In this document: one piece after another, positions 23,901-36,005 of the stretch
Layout of the letters: each line of letters begins with the position of its first letter
How positions within the stretch are numbered: the stretch's first letter is position 1
Program-made: the position numbers and the translations under genes
The notes under the pieces: generated by a model
Told to the model about the DNA's origin: nothing
Databases searched by the model: none
Seen by the model: only the letters and a program-made list of their open reading frames with translations
NCBI RefSeq assembly: GCF_964204645.1
Contig: NC_134030.1
Location: forward strand, 11,801,947 to 11,865,946
DNA: 64,000 nucleotides
Direction of reading: 5' to 3'
Source: Tubulanus polymorphus
Lineage: Eukaryota > Animalia > Nemertea

Positions 23901-26900
23901 ATCAAATATATTGGCATCCCCAATGAGTGCATGGTATAGTTTTACTGAAAAATGATTTGCCAATGAAACTAGGGGTCCAGAGACACCATGCCCATTTGGA
24001 AAGTAGGTTTCAAATGCTCAACAATCTAATCTTCAATATTCAATGCCATGTGGTGACCATATACAATGAATTGCCCATGGGCAAAGTATGGTTTACCTTG
24101 AAAGCTAGAGTTTGTTTGGAACAAGGGCGTTGTTTATGAAAAATCTTTTTAATTCGTGACTTCAAAGTTCCGTAAGTTTATATTGTACTAGCAAAATACG
24201 GATTTAGCAGGGTTCCCGCGGGTTGGCCAATATCATTTTCCATACCTTTTCCATACCCAAATTATAAATTTTTCATACCACTAAGTTATATATCGCCAAC
24301 CTAGGGGATTTTTACTGGGGGATATTTACCAGGGGGATTTTGACCTGTTACCCCTAGAGGCAAAAAATTGTTGTTAATTTCTGAATGCAAATTCCTTACT
24401 GAATAAATCGGTGCATAATAAAGGTAGATCAATAGATTATTAATGAAATTACCAATCAAAACGTCGCACGGGCGCAGATGTGTCTTTTTGGTAGGGTAGA
24501 TCAAGGTCGTTTGACAGCTTACTTTAGCTAGATTTAGAACTGATTAAATAACGAAGTTGTTACCCGTTGCTGATCTCAGCAGGTTAACCGTACACGAGTT
24601 TCCTCTGCACATGCGTCAATAATCTACTTACGCGCATGCGTAAAAGAATAGGGTTAGGTGAGGTAGTGGCGTTGGAAGTGCAGCGGGGAAAGCTGTGGCA
24701 ATAATTTACTGAATGACATTTTTTTTTCTTTGAATACCACATTTTTGAAGAAATTAAGTAAATTTGCTGCGGCAATATTTCGAAACTGTCCAAAATTGGT
24801 AGGCCTATTTGGCCGCAGCCATCAAAAATTGCTTCAAACACACCTGTGAGGCTATATGTAAATTAACTTTCATCAACCCTGCAGTTGTTTTCTGTGGCTC
24901 TGTGGGTAAATCACTGGATTATACCACCTGATTTTTTTTCGTTTGGTTTTGAATCCCAATATTGCAAGTCAGAATTTTATTGTATTACGCATGCGCCAAC
25001 ATACTCCTAACCTGTGGAAATCACCGTACAGCCAAGTACGCAATTTCAACTTTCCACGGACAGAGGTGTCTCTGACACTGACTGACATAGTTGACGGACA
25101 GCAGTAGCCCACAGGGGTTTGGCGATGGGCTTGGATTTTATTTCCGGGTTGTTGATAATCTCGCGAGAATGGCGCTAAATATGAACTGCGAATAAATTCA
25201 AAATATCATGGAAATACCTTGTGTTTATATTGTTTATTTATCCGCTATAAGGTTCCGATAAACAATTGGTCGTTAAGGATCATCATCAGACGGTCGTGAC
25301 GCTCTATATAAAATCACAAGGGATGAAACGCCTTCAGAGTTGTGCCAGCCAGAAAGTTGGGACAGTCACGTGACATTGTGATGATGTCATCACATTTAAA
25401 ACTTTAACATGAAAAGTTAACATATTCACAGACCAATATCAATTGTCAGATTATGATTCAATGGAATTAAAACCTTATAACGAATAAATTATGATCAAAT
25501 ATATAATTCATAGACAAACTAGGGGTCCAGGGACACCATGCCCACTTGGGAAGTGGTTTCAAATGCTCAACAATCTAACAATTTCAACATTCAACGCCCT
25601 CTGGTGACCATTTACAAAAACCAATGACCTTGAAACTCACCACAATCATAGAACATGTCAGCAGCTACGATTTTGTAATTGATTGTGATAACAAAATATG
25701 CCTCGTTACCAATTTAATATGGAAATGCTAAGTCATTCTACTATTCAACGCCCCCTGGTGACCATATTCAAAACCCAATGATATCGAAACTCAACACAAT
25801 CATAGAACATGTCATGAACTACAACTTTGCAATTGATCATGGTAACAAAATATGCCTAGGTACCAATAGGCCCTATAATAAGGAAATACTAAGTAATTCT
25901 ACTATTCAACGCCCCCTGGTTGACCATATAGAAAAACTTATGTCCTTAAAACTCGCAACAATCATAGTTGATGTCATGAGCTACAACTTTCCAATTGATT
26001 GTGGTTACAAAATATGCATAGGTACGAATATAATAAAGAAATGCTAAGATATTGTATTATTCAACGCCCCCTGGTGGCCATATACGAAATCCAATTACCT
26101 TGAAACTCACCACAATCATAGAACACGTTATGAGCTACAACTTTCTAATTGATTGTGGTAGCAAAATACGCTTAGGTATCAATATAATGTGGTAAAAATT
26201 TTTCCCACTTACGAATGAGTACTGGTGACACCAAGATGGCTGCCAATTGCGTCATAATTGGCTGATGAAGAATACCTGTCTCAGGTATAAAACATCCCTT
26301 TCCAAAGAATACCCATCACAAATTGTAATGAGAAATGGCAAACCAGTAGGAAGCTACAGGACTCAGAATTCGGGCCAAAATTAACATTTTTGGGCACTAA
26401 AAAGGTCATAGGACGGCCATCTTGAGTCCGACCGACCCAATTTTTGTTATGTTGATGGGCCCTGGGGGGATTCACATATATCCGAAAGATCAAAGCGTCT
26501 TCAAAATTTCCCACAAAAAGTTCAAAAATGTGTAAAAAGTGCTGATTTTGGCGAAAAACAATGGCTGCCAGTCGGCCATCTTGATTCTGACAGGGCCAGT
26601 TTTAGGGCTGAAGATGTGTCTAGGGTAGATACATGTGTAACCCAAATATCAAGACATTACCTTGAAGCGTCTTCAAAACTTCCCAAAATAACTGGATTCC
26701 GTCTAAGGACGGACAAACGGACGGACGTACGAAAAGTGAACGCAATAGCCCGCTGGGACTTAAGTCCCAAGTGGGCTAAAAATGCATTCGAATGTAAATT
26801 ATCCTCAAATATTTTTCGTATCATAGTTTCCATCTTAGAAGCTTCAGGTTTGCATTCAGTCAATTAAGAAGCGTGAAGTCACGTGACTGTCCCAACTTTC

Positions 26901-28071
26901 TGGCTGGCACGACTTGAACTGCGTTTCATCCCTTGTTATTTTATATATATATATAGTAAAGCGTGACAACCGTCTGATAATGATTCTTAACGACCAATTG
27001 TTTATCAGAACTTTATAGCGGAAAAATAAACAATATAAACACAAGGTATTTCCGTGATATTTTGAATTTATTCGCAGTTCATATTTAGCGCCATTCTCGC
27101 GAGATTATCAACAACCCGGAAATAAAATCCAAGCCCATCGCCAAACCCCTGTGTGCGTAGCCTACTAATGTCTATTTATTAATGGATGAGACCTGTTTTT
27201 CTGGGATATTTTGCTTACTTTTTAGGATACATACCTCATTTATGTCTTAACAGAATGCCCAAAATCGCGGACAACAACTGAATATCCGATATTATTCCAG
27301 TTCTGTACCAATTAGATGGATTGGCAAAAAGATTCCTTAAGTCCAGTTGAATGAGAGAGAAAATCCTCCATTTTGTGAAATTTCTTGAATTTTTACATTG
27401 TCACCATGCCTACAAAATGAAGTTATTTTTCTTGTGGGGTCTCAACAACTAAATCAGGGTGGCGTAGGCATGGTAACAATGTTCAAATCCAAGAAATTTC
27501 ACAAAATGGAGGATTTTCTCTCTCATTCAACTGGACTTAAGGAGTCTTTTTGCCAATCCATCTAATCGGTACAGAACTGGAATAATATCGGATATTCAGT
27601 TGTTGTCCGCGATTTTTGGCATTCTGTTAAGACATAAATGAGGTATGTGCCCCAAAAAGTAAGCAAAATATCCCAGAAAAACAGGTCTCATCAATTAATA
27701 AATAGACATTAGTAACTGACTTGGACACTGATATCAACGAACATCAGATCAAAACATTGCATGAGGTTTTCACAGACAGTATGGTGGATGTCCAGCTGCA
27801 GACAGACCATTCTTTTTTGCATGGAGATCAAGACCGTTTGGCAGCTTACTTTTGCTAGATTTAAACAACGTAGGCTAAATAAATTTGATTGATTGAATTT
27901 GATTGGGATTCTTCCAGCTCACTGTCACTGCTATATTTTTACCTTGCTTTGGCCGTCACAATATTTCCCGAAATGATATGAAGCAGCCCTTAATCCAGGT
28001 GTAGAAACATTTATTTCAGGGAATTCTAATTCCTCATAAGTAGGAAGCCAGGTCTCCTTCTGAATCGGCAT
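20990..28071 (-). CDS. NDUFA8: NADH dehydrogenase [ubiquinone] 1 alpha subcomplex subunit 8, 178 aa, 3 exons
   Basis: complement(join(20990..21221,23417..23592,27943..28071)), GT-AG, phases 0 and 2. Protein: MPIQKETWLPTYEELEFPEINVSTPGLRAASYHFGKYCDGQSKEFMLCVSEENDPRKCIKEGKEVTRCGIEFFHKLRNNCMEEFTSYMTCLD..YCRKSQSLYDKCVLDKLGLEKPPAGYFAKIRVH...HGTRHVL; four CX9C motifs. Confidence 0.95.
21508..22170. mobile_element. Non-autonomous TIR element in NDUFA8 intron 2
   Basis: ATGCAGG(C/T)GTCAATGAATGACCTGAACCCC..GGTTGAGGCA inverted at both ends. Confidence 0.7.
22360..22952. mobile_element. piggyBac-like MITE
   Basis: TTAA|CCCTTTAACTGGCAA...TTGCCGGTTAAAGGG|TTAA. Confidence 0.8.
25110..27153. mobile_element. 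Second copy of the CACAGGGG long-TIR element, with a nested HINE
   Basis: Same TIRs as 2823-3615; interrupted at an A-run by 25516-26782. Confidence 0.85.
25516..26782 (-). mobile_element. HINE copy nested in the long-TIR element
   Basis: Reverse complement of 16009-17404; inserted in a T/A run with no discrete TSD. Confidence 0.85.
27163..27714. mobile_element. 552-bp foldback MITE with ~250-bp near-perfect arms and TA ends
   Basis: 27163-~27413 is the reverse complement of ~27464-27714. Confidence 0.85.
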
Positions 28072-28661
28072 CTTGTTTTTGATGGATACCTGGTAGTTAA
28101 TTCGTATCGGGTTGAGCAGATTTTATGTTCGAGGTCCTACTTACGACTAGACTGGTTACCGGTACATTTTCGATGTCAAATAACATCCTCGCTTGCCAGG
28201 GGTCAGCCTGGGCAGACCCTCATCATCATCATCATCATCATCATCAATATCACGGACTTATGGAGGCCTGTTGAGGCCTATTGGTGTCCGGCTCGTTTGG
28301 TAATTTACATAAATTTAAGTGATATTTAAAATATTTCTCAATGCTCATAGTTTGATCTGCACCTAGCACATCTTAAAGATGGGTGTTAAATGTTCTTTAG
28401 ATCAGTTAGAATGGTTGCCAAGTATTGTAACATTACACGACTAGTTAGAAATATTGATATCAATAATCTATCAGTATCATTTCGAGTTTAGATTTTAAAG
28501 AATAGTAAAGTTATCTATTTATAGTTAATAAGTTCTAATAGTTTTTTAGAGAAAGACTTTTGAGATTAGTTATCAATACTCAAGTTATCTAAATAAGTTT
28601 TTCTCAGTTATTTCCACATTGATAAAAAATGTGATATCAATATTTAGATATAGCATGAATA

Positions 28662-29776
28662 TTATAAATTAAGTGTCGTTTTTGATAAATTGTTCTGTTC
28701 TGGTACACATCCATGCTGTAGTTGGGTTCCACTCTTCTTCTTGACATGCTGTTGTTGCTCCTGTTTTGTTCTGTTCTTAGCTAACTGGATCCCATTGAGT
28801 GTTGCAGGTTCGGTCCTTTTTAATTTTATGTAATTCTCTACGCATTGAACCCGATCATTTACATTGGTAAATATCACTCTTATGGGACGTGGTCTCGTTT
28901 GATTTTTATTGCCAATTCTTCTGATGTCTCTTAAGTTGGCTGCACCAATTTTAATGATACCATTCAGAAATCTTTCCACCCGAGAAGTGTCGTCACAAAT
29001 AATCTTATTATCTGATTCAGGTATGTTATATATGATAATGTGTGACCGTCTGTCATCATTGGAAGAGCTATTTGAAACACTGATTTCCTCAGTCAATGTT
29101 TTTGTTGAAGTGTTAAATCCAGCTTCCATTTTATGGGTAGATTTCTTGAAGACCATATTTTCACTCTCAATCTGCTTAATTTGATTTGAAAGAATATCGA
29201 GATTTTTGAGTTCGTATCCAATAGCCTGCTATGAGTCTCGATTTTTTCTCTGATGTCAGCTATGCATTTATTTGTTTTATAGCTTTCTTTTGCAGAAACT
29301 TCTTGATGTATTTTGGTAACCCGGGATTCTAAAATTTCTATAGCGTTAAAGAATATTTATCTCATGTTCTTTATCTCCAATTTAATGGTCTCCATCTCTT
29401 GAAATTTCTGCTCAGTTTGAAAATCAGTCAAACATCGACTACACAGATATTTAACCGGCAGATTCTCAGCATTTTCAGCTGCATTGGAGCAGTTATTACA
29501 AATTGACTGACCGCACTTGGAACACTGGACGATCTCGTTTTCAAAATTAAACAGACGGTTACATTCAGAGCACGGTACATAGTTTCCCCATTCATCATCT
29601 TCTTCTAGTGTTGAATCACAATCACTGTCCAGTTCTGCTAGACTCTCAGCAAACTTCAGAGCTTCTTCATGTATTTGCCCTTTTTCGTCACAGCCCTTAA
29701 CCTTAGTTGCCGTGGTTTCCCTTGTCTGAAATGGTTGCTGACTGGTGGTTGCTAAGTTGCTTGGTTGATTTCCCAC
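28662..29776 (-). mobile_element. CR1-type LINE ORF1 remnant (PHD finger, coiled coil, L1-ORF1-like RRM/CTD)
   Basis: CSEC..VQCSKC..ICNNC..YLCSRC; RRSHIIIYNIPES..RRIG..RPRPIRVIF; split by stops; no ORF2 follows. Confidence 0.75.
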
Positions 29777-30060
29777 AAATGAAAGATTTCACTTTTTAAA
29801 CACTCACAGATTTTCTTAGGGAAGATCGTTGTTGTTGAAGCAATATTCAGAAGAATCCCTGTGTATTATTTAACATTGTCCTGCTAAGTTAGATGGCAGG
29901 AAGATGTTGTTTCTGTTAAATATGTAGAAGTTACATGAAGCTTAGATGTTCATTCTTCCTTCCATCCCCATGGTCACTAGGCAACCTCTACCGGGACCGC
30001 AGCATGCTCGCACAATGGAGCGACAACCTACAATAAAGTTTTTTTTTTCTGACTCCCCTG

Positions 30061-30198
30061 GAGCCGGTTCCATAGTCGAGACTTAAGTCCAAAAGTGGTC
30101 TTAAATCTTAAGACTGGTCTTAAGCTGTTAGATTAGCTATATAACTAAAATAGTCTTAGACTAGTCTTAAGTCTAAGCCATGACTATGGAACCGGCCC
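30061..30198. mobile_element. PIF/Harbinger-like MITE
   Basis: GAGCCGGTTCCATAGTC...GACTATGGAACCGGCCC with CTG TSD (30058-30060, 30199-30201). Confidence 0.7.
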
Positions 30199-31869
30199 CT
30201 GGACTAATAAACTCAACTCAACAGCACAGCTGGCCTAACCAACTCAACCAAAGCCAAACTGATTTCTTCCGTATGTCCGCAGCGCCACGTACTGAGAATA
30301 GTATAATATTCTCACTCCGTGTTGTGCGGGCATACTACAGAAATATAGGCCTATAGATATGGGGAAAAACCGGTACTGCCCAAGCGACGCACCAAACACT
30401 CCGAATAGACAAGCCATAAAACCCCAAAACTAACATCCCAAAACCCAAACCCAAACCATAAAAGGGGAGTTAAACATTAGATCAAACGGCAATCGCACAG
30501 TCACAGAAGCAATATTGAGATCGTATGTAAAAGCCTTACGGGACTGAACCTCCCTAGACGCTCAAATGTACACGTACAATGGTTTGTAAGCATCATCAAC
30601 CGCGGACACATGACCAGAGGGAAGGAAAAGCAACCCCTCAATAGTTACCCAACGGTAACCATAATCGTCGAGAATAGAATCCACACCTTCAAAACAGATC
30701 GTACCAATTCCCAAGGCAACTAAAAGGAGTATACTCAACCAACCCCCCAGCCAACATGACCGAAGCCATGACAACTGACACTAAGAGGACCGCGGCTAGA
30801 GAATTGAAAACAGGACGCAATATAAACAACACATTGAAACTGATCAACGACCTAACTTTATTACCAGCGTAAACAATCGACAGGTTTTAGACGCCAAAAT
30901 CTTTTGCAATTTCATTTCCACCTCGGAAAACGGTAAAAGACAAATTGACCAACAAAAAACCCCGTGGAATACAAGGGCAAACGCAACACGAAGCTGCGTA
31001 AACAAGAAATATGAAAATGCTAAGGTCTGAGTGCTCGCGTAAAACTGCAAAATGTAAGGTATTAGACACACGTCCCGCACGAACGGAGCAAACTAAATCA
31101 GGCGTTGAGCGCGACTTAACTCCCCACGGAAACGAAAATGCGCTAAATAAAATCACCGGAACGGATCAGAAAACCGAAATAATAGGCGAACTCCCTGGCG
31201 GATAAATCTCACAATAGTGGGACGTACTATACCGAAACACACATTAACTATGGAGAACCAACAACCCTGACCTCTCGAGTTATCTCTGCTCGAGTTTTCC
31301 CTGCCCTAAAATCCACTTATTCATTATCACTCTTTATTTGAACGTAACGATTCTTCCAATCTTTTCTCACACACAGCGGACTCCGGGGCACACAGACCCC
31401 CAGCCCGCACACAGTAGGCAACAGGACACATAGTCCTGCAAGGCACACATCCTCTAGTCCACACAGAGTGAAGAGCCACACACAGTAGCCTCAAAATTTG
31501 TCCAAACACATTGGATCCGACCACCAAAGTGGGCAATCAAAATATACGTATCTATAGAATTTGTCCAAACACATTGGATCCGACCACCGAAGTGGGCAAT
31601 CAAAAATTCTCAAAGTCCAAACACATTGGCCATCCACACACAGTGGACTATCCCCTATTCCACACACAGTGGAATACCCCAGACGACAGGCTCCAAACTA
31701 CAAAAAGGAAGCCACACAGTTCAACATAAGTACACACGGTCGCAGAACAATGCCAAACTGTGAACCACCACAACAGTAAAAGCACTTCCGACAGCGAGGA
31801 AGACCAAAGCCAAACTGATTTCTTCCGTATGTCCGCAGCGCCACGTAGTGAGAATCGGGGAACCAATTT

Positions 31870-32108
31870 GAATATTATTAAGGACAAATGTGTTCTTCAG
31901 ATTAACCCACCGAAACAGTTAATCGAGATTTATTCTTTTCAGTTCCCCACTAGAGCACGGGCAACGGGAAAGCAGGCTAACTCCCACCTGTCAGAAGGCA
32001 TTAGAGTTAGGGGCATCGGGAAAAGCACAGTCCACCACCTAGACCGGGACTCGAACCACGGACCTTTCGTTTGCCGGACGACTGCTCTACCAGTTGAGCT
32101 ACCTGGGC
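31870..32108 (-). mobile_element. tRNA-derived SINE
   Basis: GCCCAGGTAGCTCAACTGGTAGAGC (A box) ... GGTTCGAGTCCC (B box), followed by a ~160-bp non-tRNA body and an AT-rich tail. Confidence 0.75.
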
Positions 32109-32132
32109 AGACCGACGACTGTGATTTCCTGT

Positions 32133-33867
32133 GACCTCGCAATGCCCTTATATATAAACTACTGACAATGAATATTGGTGGAAACCTGCTATCATTACTT
32201 CGTAACATGTATACCGAAGTATGGTACTCTGTCAAAAGCAATGGTTGTTGTTCAGAACCAATAATTTCAACTTTTGGGGTTAAACAGGGATGCGTGTTGA
32301 GTCCTTTATTATTTAACCTTTTCACCAGCGACCTACCGGGTATTTTTAATGATTGTGATCCTGTTAACTTGCACGACATACCACTGTCGTGTCTAATGAA
32401 CGCTGATGATCTTGTAATCCTTTCCACCTCATCCTCTGGACTCCAAAAAGCTCTTGACCGACTCAAACAATATTGTCATAAATGGGGTCTATCAGTCAAC
32501 TTGGAGAAAACCAAAATCATTATATTTAACAGAGGTGGAAAACTGATTACCAGAAACAAATTTGTCAAAGAAATTAATTGTGTCAAATCATATTGCTACC
32601 TCGGTATTGTATTTTCTGCATCTGGAAATTTTAAGGATGCCTGTAGCAGACTTATCACCCAGGCCTATAAAGCGTCCTTCAACCTCAGAACAATCAACAT
32701 CAGAAAAAACATTGGACAAGCTTACAAACTTTTCGACTGTCTAGTCCTTCCCATTTTACGCTATTGTTCTGAGGTTTGGAGCCCTCTAGATATAAATAGA
32801 TATAAACTGTAAAACAGTCTGCAACTTGAATCAATTATGTGATTCAAGTCCAGTCAAAAAAATTGCAATTAAGTTTGCTAAATACCTTTTAAGTGTAGGT
32901 AGGAAATCCTCTAATTTAGCAGTCAATTCCCTCTTCTTTTCACTTGTTTAAGCCAATCTGTTAAGTACTGGCTACGTATTTGTAAATTAGACTGTAACTC
33001 CATGGTCAAAAAAGCCTATCTGGACAACTTAAAACTAACTGACCAGGTAAACTCATGGCCCAAGCCTATGAAAACTCTTTTGTATCATGTACATCTTGAT
33101 CATTTATGGGAAAATCAGGGCACTAAAACACCAGTTATTAAGTTATTAACACAAGCTATTAAGATTCTCAATAGAACTCTCTGTAACTGGTACATGTGTG
33201 AATGGCTATCGAAGATTAATGATTCTGATGCAAACCCTAAGCTACGCACGTATAGATTATTTAAAACCCACTTCGGAGCAGAAAATTATTTACGCTGTTC
33301 AAACTCTGCCACCCGTAGGAACTTCTCAAAATTACGCATTAGTGCCCACTCGCTCAGTATTGAAACAGGCCGATATTAATATCCGAAACTACCCGCAGAA
33401 AAAAGGACATGTCAGATCTGCCAATCTGGCGAAGTAGAGTCGGAATTCCACTTCGTCATAGAACGTGCGGTTTACGGCGATCTACGTGCTAAATGTTTTT
33501 CAAAATTATCAAAATTTACTGATTTCCTGGACCTTTCGGAAGATACTCAATTTCAATGTATTATGTCTTACGGTCGTGGCGACACAGAAATTTTTCCTAT
33601 AATTAATAAATTTATGAATAATATCTTCATTAAACGGGAATCGCTCGAATCATGAACGTGTAAATGTTCCTTTTTTCATTACTTGTAAATCGTATTTTTG
33701 TTACATATGTTTTTTTCTTTTTTTTCTCTCTTTCTTCTCCTTTTCAACTTGTCTCTCTTGTTTGTAACTGTAATTGTAATGTGTTCACTTTATTGTTGTA
33801 TATCTGATGTTGTAATGTTTCGACAAGGATCAATAAAGTATGAATTGAATTGAATTGAACTGAATTG
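32133..33867 (+). mobile_element. 5'-truncated non-LTR retrotransposon ORF2 (RT plus C-terminal CCHC), RTEX-like
   Basis: GVKQGCVLSPLLFNLF, NADDLV, KWGLSVNLEKTK; KLRTY..RISAHSL.IETGRY..C..C..E.E.HF; AATAAA followed by an (AATTG)n tail; stops and frameshifts. Confidence 0.88.
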
Positions 33868-33869
33868 AC

Positions 33870-34105
33870 TCCCGAACTCGCTTCCACCAGCCTCCTGGCA
33901 ATACTGGCGCTGTTGCGCATGACGTCATATATCGATTTGTGAAATACTTCCTTGTTCAGTAAAACTTTTGCTGATTGGTCTATTTAACGGGAAAACCAAT
34001 AGAAGCCTAAAGTCGTTTGTTACAAGCGCTGTGATTGGGTACGACCGGATTCTGGTCGGCTAGGAACGACTCCAACGACTCGTGAGGTCAAGGGGTTCGG
34101 CGAAC
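33870..34105 (-). repeat. Dispersed repeat, inverted copy of ~47995-48250
   Basis: GAACTCGCTTCCACCAGCC...AACGACTCCAACGACTCGTGAGGTCAAGGGGTTCG shared with the semaphorin intron copy. Confidence 0.7.
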
Positions 34106-35322
34106 TTCGGTTTACTTGGTAGACTGGTTACCGGTCTCTACCTTCATATTGAATGGGACAGGCAACCAGTCTATATGATAGGCAACCAGTCTAACTTACG
34201 ACTAGACTGGTTATCGGTCTCAACGTGGTGCAGACAACCAGTCTAATCAGAAATTGACAACTTCTGTTTGTACTATGGTGAAACAGGTATACGGAAGCGT
34301 CCCCTAGGGATATATCTGTTAAAAAATTTGTTTATATCTTTGAAATTACTGAAACTGGATGATATAGCTAAATTGTTTATTGGACAATTCATGTACCTAT
34401 TCATATTAAAAAAAGCCTCGGGATGTTTTCATAAATTTCAGACTAACACTAAGAAACTCAAATGATATTGCTTCAGAACATTTTCATACTCAATTAAAGG
34501 TCAACTCCTTTAAAATCAAATGACCCATATTACGGAATACTACTTTAGAAAAAGAAATTACAGATTCTATGTCAATACACATTTTTAAAAGAAAATACAA
34601 ACATGCTTTCTAATTATTACATGTAATTTTCTTTTTTGCAGAATAATTTTCAATTAAAGCTAATCCTATCAACTGGATTAATTTTTTGGAGGTTAATTCC
34701 GAGTGCAAAATCACAAACTGAGAAACTAGTTTCATTCCGATATCCTCAGCCTACAAACTCGGAACAAACCTCCAAAATTCGATTTTAACTGAGAAGACTA
34801 GTTTATTCCGGGAAACAAATTCGGAATTAAACTCCCAAAAAATCGCTGTTAACTGAGAAAATCAGTTCATTCCGAGTTACAAACTGAATTAACCTCCAAA
34901 AATGTTTCTTAATGGAATGTCCCCAGGACGATCCCGAAGGCCTACAGGTAGATTACAATTAAACATTCAGATAAAACTTACGTTTGGTTAATAACGGTTA
35001 AAATGATTTGATCATTAAGATAATGTACCCTATGCATATTCTGTTCAATCTATAGGCCTATAGAAAAACCAGCTAATTAGTTCCAAATGGATTAAAACAT
35101 GATTGCAACTTCGATTACGTACTGGGTATGGATGATCTATGATCCAGTAGGGGATGTTAAATTACTATGAAAATTCCTTAAAGATCGACTTATTCAACAG
35201 TAGCGGGATGAATTGGCTACCAAAGACATCCTTTTTAATTATAGAATGATTAAAAGATATTTGAGTTTGAAAAATACCTTATTGAGTTACCACCAAAATA
35301 CTGTCACTATTTGCTACGATAC

Positions 35323-36005
35323 TATGGTGGCTGATAAGGGCCATAGCGTAAAATTCCTGGTATGTTAATGAGGGCGCCCCCGCTAAAAACAACTTTCGTT
35401 TTGGCGCCCCACCAAAACAACGAAAAACGTCCAATTTTCTCTGAAAGTTCGTTTTGGTGCGCCAAAACGGAGAAAATTCCGTTTTGGCGCGGTTATTTTC
35501 GTTTTGGCGCCCCGCCAAAACAAGCATTCAACCACGGTAAAATTATTTTTCAATTTGGCGCGTTGATCTTGTGTGTAATTTGCATAAATTTGCATATATG
35601 AAAATATTTTACGTATATATAGAATTATTTTACGTGGTTTAAAGTTCGTTTTGGTGGGGGCGCCAAAACGGAATTTTCTCCGTTTTGGCGCGCCAAAACG
35701 AACTTTTAGAGAAAATTGGACGTTTTTCGTTGTTTTGGCGGGGGCGCCAAAACGGAATTTTCTCCGTTTTGGCGCGCCAAAACGAACTTTCAGAGAAAAT
35801 TGGACGTTTTTCATTGTTTTGGCGGGGGCGCCAAAATGAAAGTTCGTTTTGGCGGGGGCGCCAAAACGGAATTTTCTTTGTTTTGGCGCGCCAAAACGAA
35901 CTCTTAGAGAAAATTGGACGTTTTTTTCGTTTTGGCGTTCTGGCGTTCTGGCGCCCTCATTTACATACCAGGAATTTTACGCTATGGTCCTTATCAGCCA
36001 CCATA
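35323..36005. mobile_element. Foldback element with ~55-bp TIRs, internal TTTTGGCGCGCCAAAA arrays and 7-bp TSD (Galileo/P-like by inference)
   Basis: TATGGTGGCTGATAAGG...CCTTATCAGCCACCATA; ACGATAC at 35316-35322 and 36006-36012. Confidence 0.8.

Noticed and set aside
28219-28246. (CAT)n run as a possible poly-His or poly-Asp coding tract
   Set aside because: Simple microsatellite upstream of NDUFA8, not in any supported frame
32036-32108. Possible tRNA-Ala gene on the minus strand
   Set aside because: Mismatched stems, atypical anticodon loop, no T-run terminator, and it continues into a SINE body
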